Shown here piece by piece: positions 28,382 to 37,976 of a DNA stretch of 64,000 nt (within the stretch, counting starts at the first letter, position 1; every line of letters begins with the position of its first letter). The notes below the pieces were generated by a model that was not told where the DNA came from, did no database searches, and saw only the letters and a program-made list of their open reading frames with translations. Position numbers and translations under genes: made by a program. Origin of the DNA: Gemmatimonadota bacterium (GTDB lineage: Bacteria; Gemmatimonadota; Gemmatimonadetes; Gemmatimonadales; GWC2-71-9); contig JBKPAO010000009.1 of assembly GCA_046726475.1 (NCBI GenBank), positions 7,480 to 71,479 on the forward strand. The letters are read 5' to 3'.

Positions 28382-29571
28382 GGACTGGTAGGGTGGAGCT
28401 GGACTGCAGTAGTGGCCCCGAAGCGGATCAGCAGACGCTCGATTCGGGTGGGAGAAGCTTGCAGCACATCAAACTCCAGGCCGCCGACGAAGAATCGCTC
28501 GCCGGCGTTGGGGATGCGGCCGGCCCACTCGACCAACAACCCGCCGATGGTGGTGGACCGACCCGGAGGAAGCGAAACCTCGAACCGCTCCTCGATCGCC
28601 TCGAGCGAGACGTTTCCGTCGGTCTCGAACAGCGCCGGCGTAGCGGCGGCAGGTTGGCGCACTTCCTCATCGTGTTCATCGAAGATCTCGCCGACCAGCT
28701 CCTCCAGAAGGTCCTCTAGAGTTGCGATGCCGAGAGTGCCGCCGAATTCGTCCAGCACGACGGCCAGGTGTCGCCGCTCGCGCTGCATATCGAGCAGGAG
28801 GTCGCCGCAACTGCGGCTCGCCGGCGTCATGGCCACCGGCCGTACCGGGAGCGGATCGCCCGGTTTGAGCTTGAACAGGTCGAAGGCATGCAGCATTCCG
28901 ATGATGTCATCCAAGGTCCCGCGGATGACCGGAATCCGGCTGTAGCCACTGCCGGCAAAGACCATGCGGATCTCTTCCAGTGGGGCGTTCTCCTCGATGG
29001 CGACGATCTCGGTGCGCGGTGTCATCACTTCTCGGACCGGACGGGCGCTGAACGCCATCACTCCGCCGACCATCATCAGCTCGTCGTCGTCTTCGACCCC
29101 GACGGCAGCACCCTCCCGCCAGATCGAGCGCAAGTCAGTGGGCCGTGTGGCAGTGCGCGCCGGAAGCAGCAGTCCAAGTACCCGGGACCACGGACGGAGC
29201 ATGGGGATTACCCGGCCCGCCACACTCTCGGCCCTTGGCTGAGTGAGCCAGCGCGGCACCAAGTAGGCGGCGAAGAGGACCAGGGGGACGGCCAGCAGGA
29301 CCGCGGCAACGAGGAGCCGCGGCGCGGTCGAGCCGGCGAGCAATCCCGGCACGGCAGCGCCCAGCAGCAGGACGCCGAGCGAGGTAGTCGCAGACGCCGC
29401 GGTGAGATAGTTATCGATTTGCGCCAACCCGGCGAGTGAGGCGGTTCCGCCTCGAAGCCGCCGGCCGATCGCGCGGGCCAGCTCGGCCCGGCTCACGGTA
29501 ATCAGCGCCGCTCCGGAGGTGGCACCGAACACGGTCAGCGCAATACCGAGCAAGACGGCGAGCCAAATCAT
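28378..29571 (-). CDS. CNNM/CorC (hemolysin-family) CBS protein
   Basis: VREVMTPR, GYSRIPV, VLDEFGGT, CorC_HlyC C-terminus. Confidence 0.9.
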   Translation of the reverse strand: MIWLAVLLGIALTVFGATSGAALITVSRAELARAIGRRLRGGTASLAGLAQIDNYLTAASATTSLGVLLLGAAVPGLLAGSTAPRLLVAAVLLAVPLVLFAAYLVPRWLTQPRAESVAGRVIPMLRPWSRVLGLLLPARTATRPTDLRSIWREGAAVGVEDDDELMMVGGVMAFSARPVREVMTPRTEIVAIEENAPLEEIRMVFAGSGYSRIPVIRGTLDDIIGMLHAFDLFKLKPGDPLPVRPVAMTPASRSCGDLLLDMQRERRHLAVVLDEFGGTLGIATLEDLLEELVGEIFDEHDEEVRQPAAATPALFETDGNVSLEAIEERFEVSLPPGRSTTIGGLLVEWAGRIPNAGERFFVGGLEFDVLQASPTRIERLLIRFGATTAVQLHPTSP

Positions 29572-30761
29572 CGCTCCTCCCGCGCCCCACTGACCGACGC
29601 TTCGATTGAGAGCCGGTGAACCCCAATCCGCTTGACCCGCCGGCGGACGACGTGCTCAACCGCCAGTCGGAATCCTTCGACGTCGATCGACTCGCCGGAG
29701 CGGGGAACCCGACCGAACTCGGCCAGCACCAAGCCGCCGACGGTGCTGACGTCATCACGATCGAAGCTGTGTCCCAGCGCCGACTCCAACTCCGACAACG
29801 TGACGCTCCCTTCGACCCGCCAATGATCTTCACTGACGACCTGGATCGGCGCCACCTCATCGGTGTCGTACTCATCCTGGATCTCGCCCACGATCTGCTC
29901 GAGAATGTCCTCCAGCGTGACGATGCCGGCAGTGCCGCCGAACTCATCGACCACCACCGCGAGGTGACTGGGTCCCCGCTGAAAGTCGCGCACCTGACGA
30001 TCCAGCGTCTTGCCTTCCGGCACAAATACCGCGGGCCGGATGAGCGTGTGCCACGGCCGCTGATCGTTGGGGCCGATCGCCAGAATGTCCTTGGCGTACA
30101 TCACGCCGACCACGGCGTCGGGGTTGCCGTCGTACACTAGAATCCGGGCGTGCTCGGAGCTTCGCAGCGTGGTCACGACTTCCGCCCGATCGGCTGAGGT
30201 ATCGACCGCAACGATGTCGATCCGTGGAGTCATCACTTCAGCGACCGTGGTGTCTGCCAGGGCAAAAACGCCAAGCAGCATGTCGCGCTGGGCCTCGCCG
30301 GAATGCGAATGGGGATGTGCCGGTGCGCGGGCCCGAGCCCGCTCGTCGGCCCAGCTCGCCAGCCGGAGCAGCGGGCGGAACGGTACCAGTGTCGCGGCTG
30401 CCGCACGGCGTACCGGGAGCGTGATATCGGGCGCGACGGCGGCCAAGAGACGCGGCACGAGATCGCCGATGACCCACACCATCAGAATGGCGAGGAAGAG
30501 CCGTGCGAGACCGAGGGGCGGCGACCAAGCCCACCAGGCCACGGCGCCCCCGGCGGCGGCACCGGCAACCATCAGCAGGGCGAGATGGGCGATATGGAGA
30601 TCCCGAGACAAGGTCCCCGCGCTGCCAACCGGTCCCAGCTGACCGCTGAGGGTACGGGGCAGCTCGGCATCGGCCTCCGCCGCCAGGGCGAGCCACGCCG
30701 CCCAAAGTGTCAACAGTGCGGCAATCAGCGGTGCGATGAACAGCTGAAGCAGTGCGATCAT
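29568..30761 (-). CDS. CNNM/CorC (hemolysin-family) CBS protein
   Basis: VAEVMTPR, VVDEFGGT, EQIVGEIQDEYD. Confidence 0.9.
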   Translation of the reverse strand: MIALLQLFIAPLIAALLTLWAAWLALAAEADAELPRTLSGQLGPVGSAGTLSRDLHIAHLALLMVAGAAAGGAVAWWAWSPPLGLARLFLAILMVWVIGDLVPRLLAAVAPDITLPVRRAAAATLVPFRPLLRLASWADERARARAPAHPHSHSGEAQRDMLLGVFALADTTVAEVMTPRIDIVAVDTSADRAEVVTTLRSSEHARILVYDGNPDAVVGVMYAKDILAIGPNDQRPWHTLIRPAVFVPEGKTLDRQVRDFQRGPSHLAVVVDEFGGTAGIVTLEDILEQIVGEIQDEYDTDEVAPIQVVSEDHWRVEGSVTLSELESALGHSFDRDDVSTVGGLVLAEFGRVPRSGESIDVEGFRLAVEHVVRRRVKRIGVHRLSIEASVSGAREER

Positions 30762-31174
30762 GCGAGCGCCTCCACGTAGCGCTCCTGTCTTCGCCACATC
30801 GCCGACCGGGTACGGGCGGGTCCCTCCGGATGATCGCGACCCAGCACGTGCAGTGTTCCGTGCACCAGCAGTCGGATTAGCTCCTCACGAGGAGAGATCC
30901 CACGGACTTTGGCCTCGCGTCGCGCCACCCAAGGGGAGATGTAGACATCACCGATGAGATCCCCGCTCGGCGTCGTGAGCGCGAAGCTGAGCACGTCGGT
31001 AGGCCAATCATGTCCCTTGTGAGTCGCATTGAGGCGCCGCATTGCGTCCCTCCCCAGGAAAGTTACGGAGATGGACGCCTCGCGCCGCTCGGAGCGGAGG
31101 ACCGAATGGACTACCCGGCGCACCCGCGCGGACGGCAACGGAAGCCGACGGCCGCTTACTCGAACTTCACTCAC
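30758..31174 (-). CDS. ybeY: rRNA maturation endoribonuclease YbeY
   Basis: PTDVLSF and HGTLHVLGRDH. Confidence 0.95.
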   Translation of the reverse strand: MSEVRVSGRRLPLPSARVRRVVHSVLRSERREASISVTFLGRDAMRRLNATHKGHDWPTDVLSFALTTPSGDLIGDVYISPWVARREAKVRGISPREELIRLLVHGTLHVLGRDHPEGPARTRSAMWRRQERYVEALA

Positions 31175-33377
31175 GCTCGGCCGATTGAAATTCCGGAGTC
31201 AGGCCACCGCTCGGCCGGGGGTAGCCGATTCGCTTGTGATAAGTGCCCGACATGACTCGGGCGAACTCGCGCTTGATCCGGTCGAGGTCCCGAAGTGTGA
31301 GCTGCGCGTCGTCCAACTGGCCGGATCCGACCTTCTGCTGGACCAAATGCTCGATCGCGCTCCGGACCGCCTCGGGCGTCGGATTACCCAGCACTCGGAC
31401 CGCCGCTTCCGCCGAGTCAGCTAACATCGCTACCGCGGTCTCCGGCGATTGCGGCCGCGGGCCGGGGTAACGGAAATCGGCTGGATCGACACGTCCATCG
31501 GGATCGTTGCCCCTCGCCCTGCTCAGAAAGTAGGTAATGTATGTAGTCCCATGATGCTCTGGGATAAAGGCTTTGACCACTTCGGGCAAGGCGGCCGCCT
31601 CTGCCAGCGCAATGCCGTCGGATACGTGGCTTTGAATGATACGGGCCGACTGTTGGGGACTCAGCAGGTCGTGGGGGTTAGGTGCCCCGCCCTGGTTTTC
31701 CATGAAGTGGCCGGGATTGGCGAGCTTTCCGATGTCGTGGTAGTAGCAGCCGACCCGGGCGAGCAGTCCATTCGCGCCAATGATGTTGCAGGCCGACTCA
31801 CACAGGCTTGCCATGGCGAGGCTATGGGCCCAGGTACCTGGTGCCTCCAACGCGAGCCGTCGGAGCAGCGGACGACCGAGATCGGAGAGCTCCAGGAGGG
31901 TGAGATCGGTGGTGATGCGGGTAGCCGATTCCGCCATCGGCATGACGATCATCGCCAGCGCGGCGCTTCCCAGTGCAACCGCGAGATCGAGGATGCAGCT
32001 CCCGAAGATCGTGCTGGTTGACCAGCCTTGACTGAGTCCCACGGCGATGGTGGCGAGGATCCCCGCGCCGGCGACCACGCCGATGGTGACGTAGAGGTGC
32101 CGCCGACGGCGCACCACTCTGATGCCGACAGCGCCGGCGACGCCGCCCACGAGCCCGAAGAACAGCACGTTGCTCTCACGCAGCGCCCACTGTCCGTCGA
32201 GCAGGATGGCCAGAGTGGCGGCGGCGAACACGCCGACCCATCCGTTGTAGAGCATAGTCACCAGGATGGCGACGAATGGAATGGGCACCAACTCGGGCCG
32301 GCCGGGGAACACGCTGGCGAGCACGGCGGTCATCATGACCACCAACGCGAAGAGGGCGCCAAAGAAGATCATCTCCCTCAGGTGCGCGTAGCTCTCCCGA
32401 CGATAGAACAGGATCAGCAGCCAGCAAGAGCTCAGCACCAGCACGTTGTAGAGCAGCGCACCGGCGGCGCTTCGAACCGCGAGGCCGCCGGTGCCGCGGC
32501 GCCGGTGCTCCTCGACTAACGTGAGCAGCTTGGCCCGCGCTTCTTCCGTGACGGGCTCTCCGCCGCGCACGATGCGCTCCCCCGTTCGCACCGAGTATTT
32601 GACTGGATCGACGCTCCCACGGAGCTGCTCTCGCCGAGAGGCGGTGACCAGTGGGTCCACCACGATGGTGGGATGGTAGAATGCGCCGACCAACCGCCTC
32701 AGGGTCCGTTGCCCGACAGAGGTGGGGAGATTGATACCCGCCGCTTCGGCCTGCTCCATGAGATCGGCGAAGGTGAGAATCGAGTCGCGCGGAATAATTC
32801 GCTCGGTCTCGCCTCGACGAAGCGCGATGACGGGACTGACTTCGCCGCGAATAGCGCCGGCGTCAGCTACGCCCCGGGACAGCGCTTCGGCCAGAAAGTG
32901 AGTGAAGACCTCCTGGATTTGGCGGCGACTCGTCGAGTCGGTGAGGAATTTGGTTTCCTCTGGACCCAGGCGGACTTGTGAGGCCACCACCGCGGCAACC
33001 GAGTCGGAACCTCCCGCCTCGGCGGCCTTCGCCAGGTCGGCGAAGAACCCACGAGCCGCGGCGAGTGAGGAGTCGTAGGCTGTAGGGCTGAAGCGATACA
33101 CCGGCTGGGCAGTCAGCGCGCGGGACTCGCCCTCACGGGCGATCTCCTCCGGCGTCTTCCGAACCTCGAATGCAAAGGGAGCTACCACCGCACGCTTGGA
33201 GATCTGTCCCACGGAGGGCACCGGAGTTCCCACTCCGACATGCGGCGGAAAGGCGAGATACGTCAGGAAGGCGACGGCCAGGAGCGGCGCCCAGCGGGCA
33301 AGGTGGAATCGGACGCGCTCCCGGAAGGAGGCGCCACCCCAGCTCTCCCAAACTCGAGGGTGCGACCGTCGCGCCAT
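31167..33377 (-). CDS. 7TM-HD (HDIG) phosphohydrolase, PgpH-like
   Basis: Extracellular domain, 7TM region, APGTWAHS, YHDIGK, EHHGT, LADSAEAA. Confidence 0.92.
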   Translation of the reverse strand: MARRSHPRVWESWGGASFRERVRFHLARWAPLLAVAFLTYLAFPPHVGVGTPVPSVGQISKRAVVAPFAFEVRKTPEEIAREGESRALTAQPVYRFSPTAYDSSLAAARGFFADLAKAAEAGGSDSVAAVVASQVRLGPEETKFLTDSTSRRQIQEVFTHFLAEALSRGVADAGAIRGEVSPVIALRRGETERIIPRDSILTFADLMEQAEAAGINLPTSVGQRTLRRLVGAFYHPTIVVDPLVTASRREQLRGSVDPVKYSVRTGERIVRGGEPVTEEARAKLLTLVEEHRRRGTGGLAVRSAAGALLYNVLVLSSCWLLILFYRRESYAHLREMIFFGALFALVVMMTAVLASVFPGRPELVPIPFVAILVTMLYNGWVGVFAAATLAILLDGQWALRESNVLFFGLVGGVAGAVGIRVVRRRRHLYVTIGVVAGAGILATIAVGLSQGWSTSTIFGSCILDLAVALGSAALAMIVMPMAESATRITTDLTLLELSDLGRPLLRRLALEAPGTWAHSLAMASLCESACNIIGANGLLARVGCYYHDIGKLANPGHFMENQGGAPNPHDLLSPQQSARIIQSHVSDGIALAEAAALPEVVKAFIPEHHGTTYITYFLSRARGNDPDGRVDPADFRYPGPRPQSPETAVAMLADSAEAAVRVLGNPTPEAVRSAIEHLVQQKVGSGQLDDAQLTLRDLDRIKREFARVMSGTYHKRIGYPRPSGGLTPEFQSAERE

Positions 33378-34330
33378 CAGCCGCTCTGGTCCTCCGCGTA
33401 AGCCTTGATGATCTCCCGCACCAGCCGATGCCGTACGACGTCGGTCTCGTGCAGGTAGCAGAAGGAAATGCCTTCGATACCGGGCAGGACGCGTTCCACC
33501 TGGATGATGCCAGAGTCCTCCCGCTGTGGTAGGTCGATCTGGGTCTTATCGCCGGTGACAACCGTCTTGCTGTTCACGCCGAGCCGGGTGAGGAACATCT
33601 TCATTTGTGCGCCGGTCGCGTTCTGCGCCTCGTCGAGGATAATGAATGCATCGGCCAGTGTACGGCCGCGCATGTAGGCCAGTGGCGCGATCTCGATGGT
33701 GCGGGTCTCGAGGGCCCGCTGCACCCGATCGTGCGGCATCATGTCTTCGAGCGCATCGTAGAGTGGCCGAAGATACGGATCAACCTTGGCCTGCAAATCT
33801 CCGGGAAGAAAGCCGAGCGACTCGCCGGCCTCTACGGCGGGCCGTGCCAGAATGATGCGCTTCACCCGCTTTCGAGCCAGCGCCTCCACCGCCTTGGCAA
33901 CCGCAAGGTAGGTCTTCCCGGTACCCGCGGGCCCGATGCCAACCACAATGTCGTGATCGCTGATGGCCTGGAGGTAATCTCTCTGGCCCTGGGTCTTGGG
34001 AACGATCGCGCGGCGCAGGCCAGGAAGAACGATCTTGCCGTCGGAGACCTGGGTGGGAAGCTCTCCCTGGATCCCTTCGGCTGCCAGCCGGGATACATCG
34101 TCGGGGGTGACCGTCTCGCCCATCCGTGCGAGATCCAGGAGACCCTGCACCACCGGGCCGGCGCGCTCGACCTGCTCCGGGGTTCCGGAGAGGGTCACCG
34201 ACTCCCCGCGAAAGGAGACCCTCACGCCCAGAGCACGCTGGAGCTCCTGAAGGTTGCTGTCGTTGACGCCCGCGAACAGCAAGGGATCCGCCCCCTCGGC
34301 GGACATTCTGGTTTGGATGTCGTCAGCCAT
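33377..34330 (-). CDS. phoH: PhoH-like ATPase
   Basis: GPAGTGKT, RPAVEAGE, YMRGRT, DEAQN. Confidence 0.95.
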   Translation of the reverse strand: MADDIQTRMSAEGADPLLFAGVNDSNLQELQRALGVRVSFRGESVTLSGTPEQVERAGPVVQGLLDLARMGETVTPDDVSRLAAEGIQGELPTQVSDGKIVLPGLRRAIVPKTQGQRDYLQAISDHDIVVGIGPAGTGKTYLAVAKAVEALARKRVKRIILARPAVEAGESLGFLPGDLQAKVDPYLRPLYDALEDMMPHDRVQRALETRTIEIAPLAYMRGRTLADAFIILDEAQNATGAQMKMFLTRLGVNSKTVVTGDKTQIDLPQREDSGIIQVERVLPGIEGISFCYLHETDVVRHRLVREIIKAYAEDQSG

Positions 34331-34337
34331 GTGTTGA

Positions 34338-34415
34338 AGGTAAGAGGTGAGGGGTCGGAGGTAAGAGGTAAGCGGCTCATTTCTCACCTCTTCATCCCTC
34401 ACCTCTCACTTCTCG
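34338..34415. repeat. Heptamer tandem repeats forming an inverted pair
   Basis: (GGTAAGA/GGTGAGG)n facing (TCTCACC/TCTCACT)n between aspS and phoH. Confidence 0.7.
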
Positions 34416-36175
34416 TTCTTGACCTCCAGATGAAGCTCTCGCAAATCGGCGGAGTCCACCGCCGTCGGCGCACCCTCGAAGAGAGCCCGTTGGGCAGTCG
34501 TCTTGGGAAAGGCGATCACGTCGCGAAGCGAATCCGCCTGGGCTAGCAGCATGACGATTCGGTCCAGCCCGAAGGCGAAGCCGCCGTGAGGCGGTGCGCC
34601 TGCACGGAGTCCCTCAAGCAGAAATCCAAAACGCTGCTCCGCCTGCTGCTCAGCGATCCCCAGGAGGGCAAACACTCTGCGCTGGAGCGCGGGGTCAGCG
34701 ATTCTGAGACTGCCACCGCCGAGCTCCGTCCCATTCAGGACCATGTCATAGGCCAGCGCCCGGACCTGGTCGGGTGCGGTATCCAGCAATCCGACATCGT
34801 CCGGATGGGGTGCCGTGAAAGGATGGTTCACCGAGCTAAGCGCACCAGTCCGAGGGTCTCGTTCAAAGAGGGGGAAATCGATAATCCAGACGAAATGGTT
34901 TTCACCCTCGGGGATGAGATCCATTCTGCGGGCGACCTCTTGCCGCACTCGGTCCAGAGCCGGACTCGAAATATGGTCCGGTCCGGCAACGAGCAGAAAC
35001 AAATCGCCCTCCTCCAAACCGAGCTGTGCACTGGCTGCGGGAGACAGGTACTTGGCTGCGGGACCCTCCAGGTTTGACCCGGAGCGCTTGAGCCGCAGTA
35101 GTCCAGCGGCCCCAAGTGACTTTGCGGCCGCCTCGATCTCATCCAGCTGCTTACGACTCAGTGTCGCCCCTTGAGGTACCCGAATCCCACGAACCCTGCC
35201 ACCTGAATCGATAGCCTTGCGGGTGACTGTAAAGTCTGAGTCCAGAAATGCCGTTGTCGCGTCGACAATTTTCAGTCCGTATCGAAGATCGGGCTTGTCG
35301 GTTCCGTAGTGCTCCAGGGCATCTGCATGTCTCATCCGGTGGGCAAAACTGAATGGGTACCCCACGGCGCCCCAGATCCTCTGCACCAATCCTTCGCCGA
35401 GTTTCAGCATGTCTTCCACGCCGACGAAGGATGCCTCGACATCGATCTGGGTGAACTCCGGCTGGCGGTCTGCCCTCAGATCCTCGTCGCGAAAGCAGCG
35501 GGCGATCTGAAAATACCGGTCGAGCCCAGCGATCATGAGGAGTTGTTTGTACAGTTGAGGTGACTGCGGCAGCGCGAAGAACTCGCCGGGATGCACCCGG
35601 CTGGGGACCAGGTAGTCGCGGGCACCTTCGGGGGTGGGCTTGGTGAGAATCGGGGTCTCTATTTCGAGGAAACCAAGCTCGTCGAAGTACCCTCGGGTGG
35701 CCTGCATCACCTGATGACGTAGCATCAGATTGCGCTGCAGCTCGGGGCGCCTGAGATCGAGCACGCGGTGCCGCAGCCGCAACTCCTCGGCCGGCAGCTC
35801 TTCCTTCTCCTTTCTCGCGACCGGAATGGCAGGCGTTTGCGCCGGCCCTACGATCTCGAGCGTAGTTGCGTGAACCTCGACTTCTCTCGAGGTCAGCTGA
35901 GCGTCTCGGGATGGCTCAGGGCGTAGGGCTACTGTGCCGCGGACCAACACCACCGTTTCCGCCCCCAGTGCCGCAGCACGCTCCATCACCTTCGGCGGGC
36001 TCCACTCTGGATTGAAAGAGAGCTGCACCAGTCCCGCTCGATCGCGTAGATCGACGAAGACCAGTCCGCCGAGATCGCGCCGCCGGTGCACCCATCCACC
36101 GAGCCGTACCTCCTGGCCGACCTGATCCCTCGTCAGAGCCCCGCCGCGGTGAGTGCGCAATGCGGTGGCACCCAT
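34406..36175 (-). CDS. aspS: Aspartate--tRNA ligase
   Basis: GWVHRRRDLGG, PEGARDY, QSPQLYKQ, FRDEDLRADRQPEFTQ, GLDR; RDLGG suggests the discriminating type. Confidence 0.98.
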   Translation of the reverse strand: MGATALRTHRGGALTRDQVGQEVRLGGWVHRRRDLGGLVFVDLRDRAGLVQLSFNPEWSPPKVMERAAALGAETVVLVRGTVALRPEPSRDAQLTSREVEVHATTLEIVGPAQTPAIPVARKEKEELPAEELRLRHRVLDLRRPELQRNLMLRHQVMQATRGYFDELGFLEIETPILTKPTPEGARDYLVPSRVHPGEFFALPQSPQLYKQLLMIAGLDRYFQIARCFRDEDLRADRQPEFTQIDVEASFVGVEDMLKLGEGLVQRIWGAVGYPFSFAHRMRHADALEHYGTDKPDLRYGLKIVDATTAFLDSDFTVTRKAIDSGGRVRGIRVPQGATLSRKQLDEIEAAAKSLGAAGLLRLKRSGSNLEGPAAKYLSPAASAQLGLEEGDLFLLVAGPDHISSPALDRVRQEVARRMDLIPEGENHFVWIIDFPLFERDPRTGALSSVNHPFTAPHPDDVGLLDTAPDQVRALAYDMVLNGTELGGGSLRIADPALQRRVFALLGIAEQQAEQRFGFLLEGLRAGAPPHGGFAFGLDRIVMLLAQADSLRDVIAFPKTTAQRALFEGAPTAVDSADLRELHLEVKNEK

Positions 36176-36633
36176 CAGGCACTCGCCTCGGCGTCGAGCA
36201 GTGCGGCATAGAACCGATCGGCGGTATCCGCCTGGCAGAGCTGCTGCCGGATGTGTTCCTTTCGCACCAGGCGCGCAATTCGACTTAGAATCTTGACGTG
36301 CTGCCCGGCAGCCGCCTCCGGACCGACGATGAGAAAGAAGAGTCGTACCGGATCGCCATCGATAGAATCGTAGGGCACCGGAACCGGACTGAGCCCGCAC
36401 ACGACGCTCAACTCCCGTACCGCTGAAGAGCGGGCGTGCGGGATGGCAACGCCGAAACCGATCCCCGTGCTCAACACGTTCTCCCGCTCCTCGATCGCCT
36501 CCAGAACCTCGGCGTACTCCCCTCCCGAGCGTGCGACGAGATGACGCGTGAGCTCGGCTATCACCCCCGCTTTATCGCGCGCAGCCAATGGAACGACGAC
36601 CCGATCTGGTGTGAGCAATTCGGTCAGGAGCAC
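36175..36633 (-). CDS. PTS EIIA component (PtsN/fructose-type)
   Basis: ERENVLSTGIGFGVAIPHA. Confidence 0.92.
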   Translation of the reverse strand: MLLTELLTPDRVVVPLAARDKAGVIAELTRHLVARSGGEYAEVLEAIEERENVLSTGIGFGVAIPHARSSAVRELSVVCGLSPVPVPYDSIDGDPVRLFFLIVGPEAAAGQHVKILSRIARLVRKEHIRQQLCQADTADRFYAALLDAEASA

Positions 36634-36779
36634 TGGGGGACCTGAGGCGGCATGGGGTCAAACCTATACGACGCTGTGAGGTGAGGCAATGCATTATTCC
36701 AGTTGAGCTTAGCTTACCGATGCCGAAGCCGTGGCGGTGTCGGGAAAGGCTTTCACGGTCGGGCTGCTATTTTCCAGCA

Positions 36780-37862
36780 ATGTCCACTGCCGGTCTCCGC
36801 GCGAGTATCATCGCATCCAACCTGCTCGAGCTTCCACCCGATGACGCTCGGGAGCAAATCGCGAACTGGGTCGCCGCGCGGCAGCTCCCTCCCTACCGCA
36901 CCAACCAGATCGTTCGGCGGCTCTGGAACGCACCGATCGGCAGCTGGACCGAGGCCACTGAGCTGCCGATGACGCTCCGTAACGAGCTGGACACTTCGTT
37001 CCCGCTGCCTCGCCTTCGGATGGATACCCGGCAGCAATCGGCCGATGGCACTCGTAAATATCTCTGGCGCCTGGATGACGGCGAAGCGATCGAAACGGTA
37101 TTGATTCCCTCGGGTGGACGCCGGACTCTCTGCATCTCTTCGCAGGCGGGCTGCGCGCTCGGCTGCACGTTCTGCGCCACCGGTCGTATGGGATTTCGGC
37201 GGAACCTGACCGCATTCGAGATCGCGGGACAGGTCCGCGAGATCGTCCTGAAGAACGTCGACGACAAGCCGACCAACATCGTCTTCATGGGAATGGGTGA
37301 ACCGCTGCTCAACTGGCCGGCGGTGAACACCGCGCTCAGCATCCTGAACGACGATCTGGGCTTTGAAATCGGTGCCCGACACATCACCCTGTCGACCGTA
37401 GGAATTCTTCCCGGTCTCGCGGAGTTCGCGAAACGGCCGGAGCAGTTCCGCCTGGCTATTTCCCTTCATTCCCCGACCTCAGCGCAGCGGCGCGGCATCA
37501 TGCCGATTGAGAAGAAGTACGATCTCGAGGCGGTGCTCCGGGCTGCCGAGGCGTTCCGCAGGCGGGTGACGTTCGAGTATGTGATGATCGGCGGCGTCAA
37601 CGACAGCGATGCGGACGCGGACCGGCTGGCCAAGCTGGCTCGGCGGCTGGGGGCGTTGGTCAACATTCTGCCGTTGCACCCGGGAGGCGCCCCGGATCTC
37701 ACCCCTACGACATCGGCTCGGATCAAGGCATTCGCCGGCCGGCTTCGGAACCAAGGCGTCGAGGCGACGGTGCGGCGGAGCCGAGGCCTCGATATCGATG
37801 CCGCGTGCGGGCAATTGCGCGTTGAAATGGAGAAGAAGAGCAGGCGGGAAACAAAAGCGTGA
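36780..37862 (+). CDS. rlmN: 23S rRNA m2A2503 methyltransferase RlmN
   Basis: CISSQAGCALGCTFCATG, MGMGEP, AACGQL. Confidence 0.96.
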   Translation: MSTAGLRASIIASNLLELPPDDAREQIANWVAARQLPPYRTNQIVRRLWNAPIGSWTEATELPMTLRNELDTSFPLPRLRMDTRQQSADGTRKYLWRLDDGEAIETVLIPSGGRRTLCISSQAGCALGCTFCATGRMGFRRNLTAFEIAGQVREIVLKNVDDKPTNIVFMGMGEPLLNWPAVNTALSILNDDLGFEIGARHITLSTVGILPGLAEFAKRPEQFRLAISLHSPTSAQRRGIMPIEKKYDLEAVLRAAEAFRRRVTFEYVMIGGVNDSDADADRLAKLARRLGALVNILPLHPGGAPDLTPTTSARIKAFAGRLRNQGVEATVRRSRGLDIDAACGQLRVEMEKKSRRETKA

Positions 37863-37976
37863 GCGGGAACAAGAAGAGTGTAAGCGGGGAGGCCAATGCT
37901 TCACAGGTTTCCGGGGCCGCCACGCGGTGATTGCGCCCGCTTACCGCTCACGCTGTTCCTTTCCCGCTCACGTTTT
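37844..37976. repeat. Imperfect inverted repeat between convergent rlmN and ppc
   Basis: AAAAGCGTGAGCGGGAA...GTAAGCGGG versus CCCGCTTAC...TTCCCGCTCACGTTTT. Confidence 0.65.

Noticed and set aside
34331-34402. N-terminal extension of PhoH (PLTSYLRPLTSYL)
   Set aside because: Translation of the intergenic heptamer repeat; the real start is likely 34330
36176-36400. 75-aa N-terminal extension of AspS in the ORF track
   Set aside because: Overlaps the PTS EIIA gene; ATG 36175 abuts its stop and matches the usual AspS start
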